This document shows, piece after piece, positions 29,210 through 38,543 of a DNA stretch of 64,000 bases. The DNA is from a virus: positions 47,706 to 111,705 of the IMG/VR virus record IMGVR_UViG_3300043411_002995. One strand, given 5' to 3'. The notes below the pieces were generated by a model that worked only from the letters and a program-made list of their open reading frames with translations, did no database searches and was not told the DNA's origin. Numbering within the stretch: position 1 is the stretch's first letter; each line of letters begins with the position of its first letter. The position numbers and the translations under genes were made by a program.

Positions 29210-29665
29210 ATGTCTTCCGTGAACAAGATGATCCTGATCGGCCACCTCGGAGCCGATCCCGAACTCAAGCACATCCCATCGGGGCAGCCCGTCTGCACCT
29301 TCACGATCGCCACCAACGAGGTCTGGAAGGACAAGTCGGGTGAGAAGCAAGAGCGCGTCGAGTGGACCAACATCGTCGCGTGGGGTCCGCTCGCCGAGGT
29401 CTGCGCGAAGTACCTGGCCAAGGGCCGGCAGGTCTACGTCGAGGGCCGCAAGCAGACGCGGACCTACGACGACAAGGAGGGCGTGAAGCGCTACTTCACC
29501 GAGTGCGTCGCCCAGGAGGTGAAGTTCCTCGGCGACGGCAAGGGTGACGGGGACGGTCGCGGTGAGAGCCGCGGCCGCAGCGACAGCAAGCCGTCGGGCC
29601 GCCGCGATGACGGCCCTCCGCCCCGTGGCCCGGGCCCCGGCGCGGACGACGACATCCCGTTCTGA
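29210..29665 (+). CDS. ssb: single-stranded DNA-binding protein
   Basis: [28 protein letters not shown]-terminal DDDIPF. Confidence 0.97.
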   Translation: MSSVNKMILIGHLGADPELKHIPSGQPVCTFTIATNEVWKDKSGEKQERVEWTNIVAWGPLAEVCAKYLAKGRQVYVEGRKQTRTYDDKEGVKRYFTECVAQEVKFLGDGKGDGDGRGESRGRSDSKPSGRRDDGPPPRGPGPGADDDIPF

Positions 29666-29691
29666 TCCCCTGCAACCAATGGGGGTGATCA

Positions 29692-30201
29692 ATGTCTTCG
29701 TATCTCGTCATCATGAGACACCGAGCCAAGTCTCTCGTGGCTAAGGCCACGGATTGTCGGCTCACCCTGGGCGAGTTCCTGCTCGACCAGACGGGCATCG
29801 TGGCGCGGCTCAACGGCGCGCTGGCGAAGTACTCGCGCCACATCGGCTGGCCCTACGTGCCCATCGGGTTCGCGACGCTGCGCGCCCTGATGGAGGACAT
29901 CCGCTACGGCGAGGCCGACACGTTCGATCTGGTCTGCCGGCGGTTCGGGTTCTCGGAGTCCGCCTCAGCGCCGATCGTCGAACGGGCGATCGGCCGGGTC
30001 GAGTGGCACATCGGTCCTGACGCACCGTGCGAGACCATGTGGCACGAGTCCGACCTGATCGAGGACGCCCAACGGCTCATCCGCTGGGGCGAGAGCCTCG
30101 TCACCCGCTGCCCCAACGGCGTCGTCGCGCACCAGCTGCAGGCGCTGGTGGCGATGTCGCGCGAGGACCTCGGGCGGTACGTCGCCCGCGCTCTGGGGTA
30201 G
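29692..30201 (+). CDS. hypothetical protein
   Basis: GC3 bias, follows ssb. Confidence 0.65.
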   Translation: MSSYLVIMRHRAKSLVAKATDCRLTLGEFLLDQTGIVARLNGALAKYSRHIGWPYVPIGFATLRALMEDIRYGEADTFDLVCRRFGFSESASAPIVERAIGRVEWHIGPDAPCETMWHESDLIEDAQRLIRWGESLVTRCPNGVVAHQLQALVAMSREDLGRYVARALG

Positions 30202-30211
30202 CATCCTCGGG

Positions 30212-30691
30212 ATGCGGAAGCCCCCCGAGGACATGACCAGCACGGAGGACCTCTGGCTCCGTGCGCTCGATCGCCAATGGCAGGAAACCCCCGAGCACCT
30301 CAAGGAGCTCGGGCAGGTCCTGCGCCGCAGCGTCGACCACGATGTGGACGAGCTCGCGGCATTCCTTTCCAAGCACGAGATCCAGGTCGCCGCGGAACAC
30401 CTCGCGGAGTTCCGCGACGTCCTGATCGTCAAGCGCATCGACATGAAGGACCTCGAGCCAGCGGCGCGCGCCCGCCTGCGCGCCCGCCTCCTTCAAGCCG
30501 ACGACCCGCGCCACATGACGGCGGACTACGCCGCGGCCATCCAGGCCGGCGAAGTCCCGCGGTGCCGCAGCTGCCGATGGTTCGTCACCGCACCCGGTGA
30601 CACCACCGCCGGCGGCGACAAGCCCTGCACCAGCTTCGGAACCAAGGGCGCCGACCAGGCGTGCTTCGGCTTCACGAAGACCGATCTCTGA
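30212..30691 (+). CDS. hypothetical protein with C-terminal Cys4 cluster
   Basis: CRSC...C...C; TAGCAT 7 nt before the ATG. Confidence 0.7.
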   Translation: MRKPPEDMTSTEDLWLRALDRQWQETPEHLKELGQVLRRSVDHDVDELAAFLSKHEIQVAAEHLAEFRDVLIVKRIDMKDLEPAARARLRARLLQADDPRHMTADYAAAIQAGEVPRCRSCRWFVTAPGDTTAGGDKPCTSFGTKGADQACFGFTKTDL

Positions 30692-30722
30692 AAAGGCTCT
30701 CGCTCCTTCATGAGCCTTTTCG

Positions 30723-30771
30723 ACGGCGCACGGGGCGGTTGGCTCCCAACCCCTGCGCCGTTTTTTTAGCC
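30723..30771 (+). terminator. intrinsic terminator hairpin plus T-run ending TTAGCC
   Basis: ACGGCGCA...TGCGCCGT stem then TTTTTTTAGCC. Confidence 0.8.
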
Positions 30772-31869
30772 TGAGGGCGTCGCGAGCCGCGAGCCGCGAG
30801 CCGGGTTGTAGAGCGACTCGACCATGTCCTTGTAGAAGGCGGTCTTGCTCGGCGGCTTCGCCTGGGCGCGCTCCTTCGCCGGCCCGCCGACCTGCCCAGG
30901 ACCGATGCTCTTCGGCTTGGGCGGGCTGGTCCCCATGCGCCAGGCCGAGCTCGCGCTCGAGCGCAAGGCCCCCGGTGCCTTGACCTCGGCGCCGGCCGCC
31001 GCCGCCCCGAGCTTCTCCTCCTGCGCTTCGAGCTCGCCCGCCCGCCGCTTCGCCGCCGCCCCTTCCCTCAGCGCCTCGACCAGCCGCTTGGCCAGGATGG
31101 TCGCCAGGACCGGCGCCGCCGCCGCCGCGACGTAGGTGCCGAAGGACGGGGCGAGCTCCTTCAGTGCGCGCATGGTGCCGTAGCCGCTGTGGCGAGCCCC
31201 CTGCAACGCCTTGTAGGACGCCCGCGCCTCCTCGATGAGTTCGGGGGCGGTGGTGGCGGCCACCAGCGCGGGGGCGTGGTCGTAGACGAACCGCCGGACC
31301 CGCTCCCCCTCCTGGGGCTCCGAGATCGTGCTGGCCGCGAGCCCCGCCCGAACCAGGTGGCCGATGGTGGACCCCGTGCCGAGCGTCTTGCCCATCGACT
31401 GGAGGGCCCGCCGCAGGTCGTGGCTGCCGGCGATCGGCGAGGCGTGGCCGATCTCGTGGAACGCCTGTGGGACCGACGACCGGTTGAGCCCGATGTGGGG
31501 GGTGACGTCGCCGACGGGCTCGCCGGCGATGCGCATGAGCAGGCTGCGGAGCGGGCCGGGGCGGTCCATGAAGTAGCCGGACTCGAACCCCGGCCCACCG
31601 GCGATGATGGGGACGGTGACGCCGCTCTTGCGGGCGAAGTCGGCGATTGCCTCCGCCTCGGCGCGCGTGAACTTCGAGAGCCGCTTCAGCGGCGTGCCGG
31701 TGTCGTCGTCGAGCGGCACGCCGGACATGAGCAGCTTCGCGAGCCCGTGCGGAGCGTCGCTCGTGAGCGGAGAGATCACGCGAGGAAGCCCTTCGTACGC
31801 GGCCGCGGCCGCGAGCGCTGGCGCGACGCCGAGCCCCCCACCGTCTTCCTGGTCCCGATCGTCGGACAT
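30766..31869 (-). CDS. membrane-associated zinc metallopeptidase (YugP/Zn_peptidase_2-like)
   Basis: AFHEIGHA, LIEEARASYKAL, FGTYVAAA; start overlaps the RNAP stop. Confidence 0.7.
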   Translation of the reverse strand: MSDDRDQEDGGGLGVAPALAAAAAYEGLPRVISPLTSDAPHGLAKLLMSGVPLDDDTGTPLKRLSKFTRAEAEAIADFARKSGVTVPIIAGGPGFESGYFMDRPGPLRSLLMRIAGEPVGDVTPHIGLNRSSVPQAFHEIGHASPIAGSHDLRRALQSMGKTLGTGSTIGHLVRAGLAASTISEPQEGERVRRFVYDHAPALVAATTAPELIEEARASYKALQGARHSGYGTMRALKELAPSFGTYVAAAAAPVLATILAKRLVEALREGAAAKRRAGELEAQEEKLGAAAAGAEVKAPGALRSSASSAWRMGTSPPKPKSIGPGQVGGPAKERAQAKPPSKTAFYKDMVESLYNPARGSRLATPSG

Positions 31870-34800
31870 CAGTAGACGCCTTCCTTCCTGGAACGACCCT
31901 GCGGGGCATCACCGAACTCGGCGCCGTAGGCGAAGGCCGGGACCGGTGAGTACCCGTGGAGGTCTGACTCGCTCATGGTGGCAGCGCCTTCGATGAGGCC
32001 CCTGGCCAGCTCACGATACCCCATCTGCCCCATCCAGTCGTCGCGGAGGAGGGGTACCCGCTGGATGCCGGCGAGGAAGGGTTCGTGGACGACCCGCTTC
32101 GGGCCCACGCCGATCGTCTTCTTCCCGCGGCGCTCCAAGACCGCCTTCATCGTCTCGTCGAAGGTCTCGCCCTTGGTAGCGCCGGGCACATCGTCCTCGT
32201 GCACGACATGCCCGACGGCTTCCTCGAGAGGCAGGTCACCGACCTTCTTGTTGTTGTAGTCGTTGACGACGGTCCACGACGCCACGTCACCCGGCAGGTA
32301 GGGGCCATCGCCAGGATCCAACACCCGCGTGGTGTTCCCCGCCGCGCGCACGACGGTCTCGATCGCCCGCCGCTTCAGCTTCACACCCTGGCCGTCGAAG
32401 GCCTTGTGGATCTCCTCGACGACGTAGTTCATCGCAGGGAGCATGCCCTTGAGGCGAACGAGGTCCTGCGGCTGCGCGATGCCCTTCGACAGGATGTCAC
32501 CACGCTTCACCTCGGACCCGACCCGGACGCGATCGCTGTCCCAGAGCCCCTGCTCGACGAAGACCGGCTCCTTCGAACCGCGGATGAAGATGTTCGTGCC
32601 GCCGCCGCCGGGCACGTCCTCGATCCGGTCGACCTTGCCGTCGGCCTCGGCCAAGGCCGCGCGGCCGCGCTTGATCTGGTGCAGCTTGAAGAGCTTGTCG
32701 ATCGCGGCGTACCCATCGAGGACGCCGCGCGTGCCCGAGACGCCGCCCTGGTGGAAGGTGCGCATCGTCATCTGGGTCAGCGGCTCGGACATCGCCTGAC
32801 CGGAGATCGCCCCGACGTTGTCGCCGATCGCCGGCAGCTTGCCGTTCTCGGTGATGCCGTAGCTCTTGGCGCTGATGCCGTGGGGCGTCGGGTCGGTCAA
32901 CGGCGACATCACCCACAGCGTCTTCTGCTTGCGGTCGCGCAGGGTGTTCAGCAGCGCCGCGGTGACCTGGTCGCCGGCGTGGGCGATGACCGTCCCGCCG
33001 ATGCGGATGTCCTTCGACAGGAAGCGGTCCTCGAGGTCGTTCGACCGGTTGTCGACCGGCAGCTCGATGCCTTCCTGCGGCCCCGAGTCGTGCCGCGAGA
33101 CCACCTGGGTCACCGAGGTGGCCATGATGTCCTTGTTGAAGGCGCCGGGCTCGGAGGTCTGCATCTGCTTGTCCACCGCGGCGGCCCGCGCGCCGTAGAG
33201 GGTCGCCCAGTAGTCGGACAGCGGCAGCCCCTCGGCGAACGAGCGCATCACCGGCGCGAGCTGGGCGTTGCCCCGGTGGTCGTCGACCATGAACGGCGCC
33301 GAGACGATCTGCTTGAGCTGGTTGCGGTTGCCGCGCGCGCCCGACCGCACCATCAGGTCGAAGTTGTTGTCCTGCTCGGGCAGGCGGACCTTGAGCATCG
33401 CGTTGAGCTCGTCGTTGGCCGCCGAGATGAGCTGCTCGCCGCTCGCACGCCCCTCGGGGGTGTCGAGCTTCAGCCCCAAGAGCCCCTTCCGGGTGCGCTC
33501 GAAGATCGCCTTCTTCTCGGGCAGGTCGGGGAGCAGGTCCTTCAGGCTCACGGTGAACCCGGTCTTGTAGGTGTGGAGGTCCCCCATCTTCTTGAGCTTG
33601 TCGACGACCCCGCCGTGGTCCTTCGGCAGCACGCGCGCGAGGTCGCGCATCAGCTCGTCGAGCCCCTTGCTGTCGAGCTCGCGGTCCGCGAACTTCGTCT
33701 GCAGCTCGGGTGGCAGCACCTGCAGCAACTCGGGCTTGTACTTCGGGTCGCGCGACATCTGGTACAGCCCCAGCGCCGCCTCGTTCTGCGGCTTGATCAT
33801 GATGCCGCCGGTGCCCGGGTTGAAGAGGTTCCGCGACGGCATCATCCGGTACGCCTCCTCGATCGCGTCCTCGAGGATGGGCACGTGGACGTTCATGGCG
33901 TCGCCGTCGAAGTCGGCGTTGAAGCCCTTCACGACGAGCGGCGGGATCTTGATCGCCCTCCCATCGGTCATCTGCGGCGTGAAGCCCATCACCGAGAACT
34001 TGTGGAGCGAGGGGGCGCGGTTGAGCAGCACCGGGCGCGAGGCCATCTCGGCCTGCAGCGCCGATAGCGCGATGGGGGATCGCTTGTCGATCTCCTCCTC
34101 CGCGGCGAGCGGCTTCATGCCCGAGTGGTTCACCAAGCGCCGGGTCACGAACGGGCGGAAGAGCGTCCAGGACATCTCCTCGGGGAGTCCGACCTCGTCG
34201 ACGCCGAGCTTGGGCTCGGGGATGATGGTGCCGCGGCCGACCAGGTTCTGTCGCCGGCGCAGCACCTCGTACTGGAAGTAGCCGGTCTTCGCCGGCTTGC
34301 CCTTGACCTGCTCGAGCACGCCCTTGGGCCGGCGGGCCTCGGGGTAGAAGGCGATCGGCTTGCCGATGCCCGAGAGCGCCTGCATGCCCTTGTAGAGGTC
34401 CTCGCGGAGCGGCGCGCTCACCGAGTCGGGGATGAACGGGATGTCGTTCTGCCACTTCAGCTCGTTGTTCACGAGCGCAAGGTCGCGGTAGAGCGTGTTG
34501 AGCCCGGGCGTCGACAACGACCCATCCTCCATCTCGACGACGGGGCGGAAGTTGGGGGGGATGACGGGGAGCTTCGTCTGGACGTAGGCGTCCTCGGGGC
34601 GGATCTTGAGCTTCTTGAGCGCGGAGAGGTACTTCAGGCTCTTGTTCGCCTTGTCGAGCTCCTCGGGGGTCCGTGCCTGCTTGGCCTCCTCGGTCCACTG
34701 GGAGATCTGGTCGTCGACGTTGATCTTGCCGAGCAGCGCCTTCACGGCGGCGCCGCTGGTGACGGTGACGGGATCCTTCTCGTCGCCGAACTCCCCGGTC

Positions 34801-37800
34801 TCGGGGTTCACCCAGAGCTTGCCGGTGACCAGGCCACTGAACTGCTGCTCGTTGAGCCCGGTGAGCTGTCGGATCGGCTTCTCGAAGATGGGGTTCGGGA
34901 CGGGCTCGGCCAGATCGATGTGCCCCCAGCGGTCGCCCTTGCGGCCGCCGAAGACCGTGCGGTCGAGCAACCCGCCGCGCTCCTCCTTCAGGTCCTTGGC
35001 GTTGACGAAGACCGGATCGACGACCGCGCCGTTGCTGATCTTGTCGACGTCGGCGTCCGTCATCGGCTGCAGGACCATCTTCGAGCCGTTCCGCTTCACG
35101 TTGATGCCGGCGGCCTGGAGGTAGCCCTCGAACTTCTTGTAGGCGAAGGTCGGGGTCGGCGGCGGCTTCATCAGCCCTGAGCCGGCGCCGCCGGCGAGCC
35201 AGGTCCAGAACGGCTCGTTCTTGGACGCCTTGTAGGTCGCCATCTCGCGCAGGTTCGCGCGCGCGCCATGCGACAGCATCGAGTAGAAGGTGATGAGGTC
35301 GAGCGCCTTGGCGCCTTCCTCGCCGCCGCTCACGGGGTTCCCGTTGGAGTCGTACTTGCCCTCGCCGCGCGCCGAGTACTGGGTAGTCGCCTGCTTTCCG
35401 AGCTTCAGGATGTACTGCGGCCCGGTCATGACCTGCCCCAACGCCTCCTTGCTGTGGGGGTCGTAGAGCGTCTCGGTGTCGGAGACGCCGGCCTTGGCCA
35501 GCTCGTCGCTGACCCGCTGGGCGTACCCGTCCTTGCTCGTGATCGCGTTGTCGACGATGTAGGGCTTGCCCCGGTGCTCGGCGAGCTTGGCGGCCGCCGT
35601 CTCGAGCATCTGGGACGGGTTCACGCGGCTGGTGATGCCGTGCGGGTTGAGGAGGATATCGATCGGCTCGTGCGTGCCGTCGGGCTTGATCGAGTACGGC
35701 GCCTCCGCATCCTCGATGATCTTCGTGATGATGCCCTTGCCGCCGTGACGGTTCGTGACCTTGTCGCCGATCTGCGCTGGCTCGCGCGTGCGGACGTAGA
35801 CCTTCACCTTCTTGCCCGTGCGGACGACGTCGACGACCTCGCCGTCGTAGTCCTCGGTCCACTCCTCGGCGACCCCCCGCTTCGGGGGCATGTTGGCGCC
35901 GAGGCGACGCATCGCGAGGTAGTCGGGGTCGTTCTTGTTGTCCTTGGTGCCGACCCAGAGCGGGTCGCCCTTGCGGACGATCTGTCCCTTCCGGATGACC
36001 CCATCCTTGTCGAGCTTGGCCGAGGTCTCGTCGTCGATCGCCCCGGGCTTCCACGCCCGGTACTGGTCGAGCGAGAGGGTCGTCTGCTCGTTGAGCATCG
36101 TCGAGTACTGGTGCATGTGCTCGCTGGTGAGCTTTTTGCGCGCGCTCTCGGTGATGACGATGCCGTCCTCGAAGTTGTAGCCCTTCCAGGGGATGTAGGC
36201 GGCCTTGAGGTTGGTGCCGATCGCCATCACCCCGTCGGAGGTGAAGTTGGTGTCGGCCAGGGTCTCGCCCTTCTTGACGGCCTGCCCCTCGACCACGCGC
36301 ACCGTCGAGTCGACGAACGCCTTGTTGTTCAGCGGGAGGTTGCTGAACAGCGGATGCTCGTTCTCGCCGTCCTTGGTCTTGACCACGATCTTGTTCTTCG
36401 AGATCGACTGGACGACGCCGTCCTCGAGGGCGGCGGTGGAGAAACTCCCGCCGATCGCCCGCTCGATCGTGCCGCCCCCGACCTTCACCTGCACGAGCGG
36501 CGCCTCGCGGTTGACCAGCGGGATCGCCTGCTCGAGCATCTTGGTCGCCATCTGCGCCCGGACGCCCATGGCGGCGGGCAAGAAGGGGATGGTGTTCGAG
36601 GCGATCGAGAAGGCCTGCCGTGGTGAGTGCAGCACCACGTCGACCTGGTCGGCATCGACCAGCCGGCGCTCCCCGTTGACGTGGGCCAGCACCTTCTTGT
36701 CGATCGCCACGCCGTCCTCGAACTGGTCGGAGAAGGAGAGCGTGAGGTTCGCGGCCTCGGCCGCGGTGATCTTCCGGTTCTTCTTCGTCTTGACGTCGTA
36801 GACGGTGGTCTCGAGCTCGTCGCCGCGCTTGCTCACGCCCACCGGCAGGTGCATCGTCAGGCCGATGTGGCCGGAGTCGGGCGTGTGGATCGGATCGATG
36901 AACCCGAGCTGCGACGGGTGGACGGCGCGCTCCTCCGCCCGGACGTTCTGCGCGTTGGACCCCGCGCCGCCCTCGCCCATGATGGTGACCTTGGTCATCC
37001 CGTTGAGCATGTGGATCGGGTTCGTCTGATCGGGCACGTGGGCGTGCCCGCCGGTCTGCGTGAAGAACGACGAGAGCGTCGAGGAGAGCTGGTTCGAGCT
37101 CACGAGCTGCCCGACCTGCGTCGGGGGCTGCCGCTGGTTGTTCAGCTTCCGCAGGATCTTCCTGCGGTACTCGTTGAGGAACGGCTGGATCTCGCCGTTG
37201 TCCTTGACGAGACGCTCGCGCATCAGGTCCGAGACGGACATGATCTTCTTGAACTCGAGGGACTGGCGATCGTCGGGCGCCCGCTTCCCAGCGGCGGCGG
37301 CGATCAGCTCCTTGGAGCTGGCGACGATGGCCTCGGGGGAGACCTTGTCGAAGGCCTGGCCCACCGTCTTCTTGGTGACCTCGGGGCGGAGCTCGGTCTG
37401 GTCGAAGTAGGCCAGGAGCGCCTTGCCGGCCTCGTCAGGCGTCTCGAACCGCGGGCGCGTGTCACCCGCCCGCAGCCGCTTCAGGTCGGCGGCCTTGTCG
37501 GCGGCGAAGTACTCGGCGGCCTTCTTGACGGACTCGTTCGCCTTCTTCTTCGAGGCGGCCTTGTTCGCGCTGAGGATCTGGTCGCCCCAGGCCCGCGCCA
37601 GGGTTGAGTCGGCCACGCCCATGGCCGAGAGGATGGGGTAGAGCGCCGGGCCGCTCTTGTCCTCGGCGCCGCCGGCGCGGCGGGCGAGGCGGAAGACCGT
37701 GGAGGCGGGGTTGAACTCGACGTCGAAGGCGCGGCCGGCGACGTTGATCTCGGCCTTCGTCTCGCCGTTCTTCTTCTCGGTGACGTAGATGCCCGGCTTG

Positions 37801-38156
37801 CGGCGCAGCTGGCTCTGCACCTGGTAGTGCTTGCCGTCGACGATGAAACTGCCGAAGTTGGTGGCCTTGGGCAGGGTCGCGATCTTCATGCGCTTCTGCG
37901 TGGAGATCACCTTCCCGGTCTTGCGGTCGGTGAGCTCGAGGTTCGCGTAGACCGGGACGCCCCAGGTCTTGTCCTTCCGCACGGCCTCGCGCTGGCCCTC
38001 GGCGTCCCCGGGATCAGCCGAGTCGTCGACCCAGACCTCCTTGGCCCGGAGGCGGAGGCCGGTCTGCTCGGCCTGGACGTCGAGGGCCTTGGTGAAGGCC
38101 TCCGCGATGTCCTTCTTCACCTTCTCGAACTGGCTCTGGTAGTCGAAGCTCTCCAT
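31869..38156 (-). CDS. rpoBC: single-chain beta/beta' fusion DNA-directed RNA polymerase
   Basis: beta motifs GYNFEDGI, GDKVTNRHGGKG, LNPHGITSRVN; beta' motifs LLNRAPSLH, NADFDGD (33900-33920), SGARG, EPLTQMTMRTFH; no stop between halves. Confidence 0.95.
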   Translation of the reverse strand: MESFDYQSQFEKVKKDIAEAFTKALDVQAEQTGLRLRAKEVWVDDSADPGDAEGQREAVRKDKTWGVPVYANLELTDRKTGKVISTQKRMKIATLPKATNFGSFIVDGKHYQVQSQLRRKPGIYVTEKKNGETKAEINVAGRAFDVEFNPASTVFRLARRAGGAEDKSGPALYPILSAMGVADSTLARAWGDQILSANKAASKKKANESVKKAAEYFAADKAADLKRLRAGDTRPRFETPDEAGKALLAYFDQTELRPEVTKKTVGQAFDKVSPEAIVASSKELIAAAAGKRAPDDRQSLEFKKIMSVSDLMRERLVKDNGEIQPFLNEYRRKILRKLNNQRQPPTQVGQLVSSNQLSSTLSSFFTQTGGHAHVPDQTNPIHMLNGMTKVTIMGEGGAGSNAQNVRAEERAVHPSQLGFIDPIHTPDSGHIGLTMHLPVGVSKRGDELETTVYDVKTKKNRKITAAEAANLTLSFSDQFEDGVAIDKKVLAHVNGERRLVDADQVDVVLHSPRQAFSIASNTIPFLPAAMGVRAQMATKMLEQAIPLVNREAPLVQVKVGGGTIERAIGGSFSTAALEDGVVQSISKNKIVVKTKDGENEHPLFSNLPLNNKAFVDSTVRVVEGQAVKKGETLADTNFTSDGVMAIGTNLKAAYIPWKGYNFEDGIVITESARKKLTSEHMHQYSTMLNEQTTLSLDQYRAWKPGAIDDETSAKLDKDGVIRKGQIVRKGDPLWVGTKDNKNDPDYLAMRRLGANMPPKRGVAEEWTEDYDGEVVDVVRTGKKVKVYVRTREPAQIGDKVTNRHGGKGIITKIIEDAEAPYSIKPDGTHEPIDILLNPHGITSRVNPSQMLETAAAKLAEHRGKPYIVDNAITSKDGYAQRVSDELAKAGVSDTETLYDPHSKEALGQVMTGPQYILKLGKQATTQYSARGEGKYDSNGNPVSGGEEGAKALDLITFYSMLSHGARANLREMATYKASKNEPFWTWLAGGAGSGLMKPPPTPTFAYKKFEGYLQAAGINVKRNGSKMVLQPMTDADVDKISNGAVVDPVFVNAKDLKEERGGLLDRTVFGGRKGDRWGHIDLAEPVPNPIFEKPIRQLTGLNEQQFSGLVTGKLWVNPETGEFGDEKDPVTVTSGAAVKALLGKINVDDQISQWTEEAKQARTPEELDKANKSLKYLSALKKLKIRPEDAYVQTKLPVIPPNFRPVVEMEDGSLSTPGLNTLYRDLALVNNELKWQNDIPFIPDSVSAPLREDLYKGMQALSGIGKPIAFYPEARRPKGVLEQVKGKPAKTGYFQYEVLRRRQNLVGRGTIIPEPKLGVDEVGLPEEMSWTLFRPFVTRRLVNHSGMKPLAAEEEIDKRSPIALSALQAEMASRPVLLNRAPSLHKFSVMGFTPQMTDGRAIKIPPLVVKGFNADFDGDAMNVHVPILEDAIEEAYRMMPSRNLFNPGTGGIMIKPQNEAALGLYQMSRDPKYKPELLQVLPPELQTKFADRELDSKGLDELMRDLARVLPKDHGGVVDKLKKMGDLHTYKTGFTVSLKDLLPDLPEKKAIFERTRKGLLGLKLDTPEGRASGEQLISAANDELNAMLKVRLPEQDNNFDLMVRSGARGNRNQLKQIVSAPFMVDDHRGNAQLAPVMRSFAEGLPLSDYWATLYGARAAAVDKQMQTSEPGAFNKDIMATSVTQVVSRHDSGPQEGIELPVDNRSNDLEDRFLSKDIRIGGTVIAHAGDQVTAALLNTLRDRKQKTLWVMSPLTDPTPHGISAKSYGITENGKLPAIGDNVGAISGQAMSEPLTQMTMRTFHQGGVSGTRGVLDGYAAIDKLFKLHQIKRGRAALAEADGKVDRIEDVPGGGGTNIFIRGSKEPVFVEQGLWDSDRVRVGSEVKRGDILSKGIAQPQDLVRLKGMLPAMNYVVEEIHKAFDGQGVKLKRRAIETVVRAAGNTTRVLDPGDGPYLPGDVASWTVVNDYNNKKVGDLPLEEAVGHVVHEDDVPGATKGETFDETMKAVLERRGKKTIGVGPKRVVHEPFLAGIQRVPLLRDDWMGQMGYRELARGLIEGAATMSESDLHGYSPVPAFAYGAEFGDAPQGRSRKEGVY

Positions 38157-38174
38157 GGTCACCTGGTGCCGTCG

Positions 38175-38191
38175 GGCATAAGCCTCGTGAA
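38175..38191 (+). promoter_or_regulatory. phage-specific promoter candidate GGCATAAG-N6-GAA
   Basis: Exact motif, divergent from the RNAP start. Confidence 0.75.
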
Positions 38192-38300
38192 GGAGGGATG
38201 TTACGCGTGAGCCATCGTAGCAAGAACCCCCCGCGGCCGCTGCGCTCCGTCACCGTCGGAGCGTTCGATGCCGTCTTGACCTGCTGGCACGAGGAGATAC

Positions 38301-38525
38301 ATGTCCGCGCTGATCGTCCTGCTCAACCCGCGGCCGCGGGGCCGCTCTGCACCCAGTCGCCAGTCGCCCCCGACCCGGATCCGGGCACTGGCCGACGCTA
38401 GCATCCAGTTCGGCCGCACCCTGATCGCAGGCTGGATGCTGCTGGCCTGGGTCCTCATCCTGACGAAAGAGGCGATGCGCGGCATCGCGTGGCTCACCGG
38501 CGCCACCGCCGATCTGTCGGCATAA
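38301..38525 (+). CDS. small membrane protein
   Basis: GAGGAG RBS; TLIAGWMLLAWVLIL helix. Confidence 0.6.
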   Translation: MSALIVLLNPRPRGRSAPSRQSPPTRIRALADASIQFGRTLIAGWMLLAWVLILTKEAMRGIAWLTGATADLSA

Positions 38526-38536
38526 GCCAGGGAGAA
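38519..38536 (+). promoter_or_regulatory. phage-specific promoter candidate GGCATAAG-N7-GAA
   Basis: Overlaps the TAA of the preceding ORF, upstream of ATG 38544. Confidence 0.65.
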
Positions 38537-38543
38537 GGAGACT

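Noticed and set aside
35488-35515. VSDELAKAG inside the RNAP, resembling the targeting tag
   Set aside because: Lacks the Phe and lies within the beta core; probably chance
31869-38156. Chromosomal rpoB-rpoC locus or chimeric assembly
   Set aside because: No ribosomal-protein neighbours, much shorter and more divergent than cellular subunits, coupled to phage genes
38198-38401. 67-aa ORF right after GGCATAAG
   Set aside because: RBS too close to the ATG; overlaps the better-supported ORF at 38301
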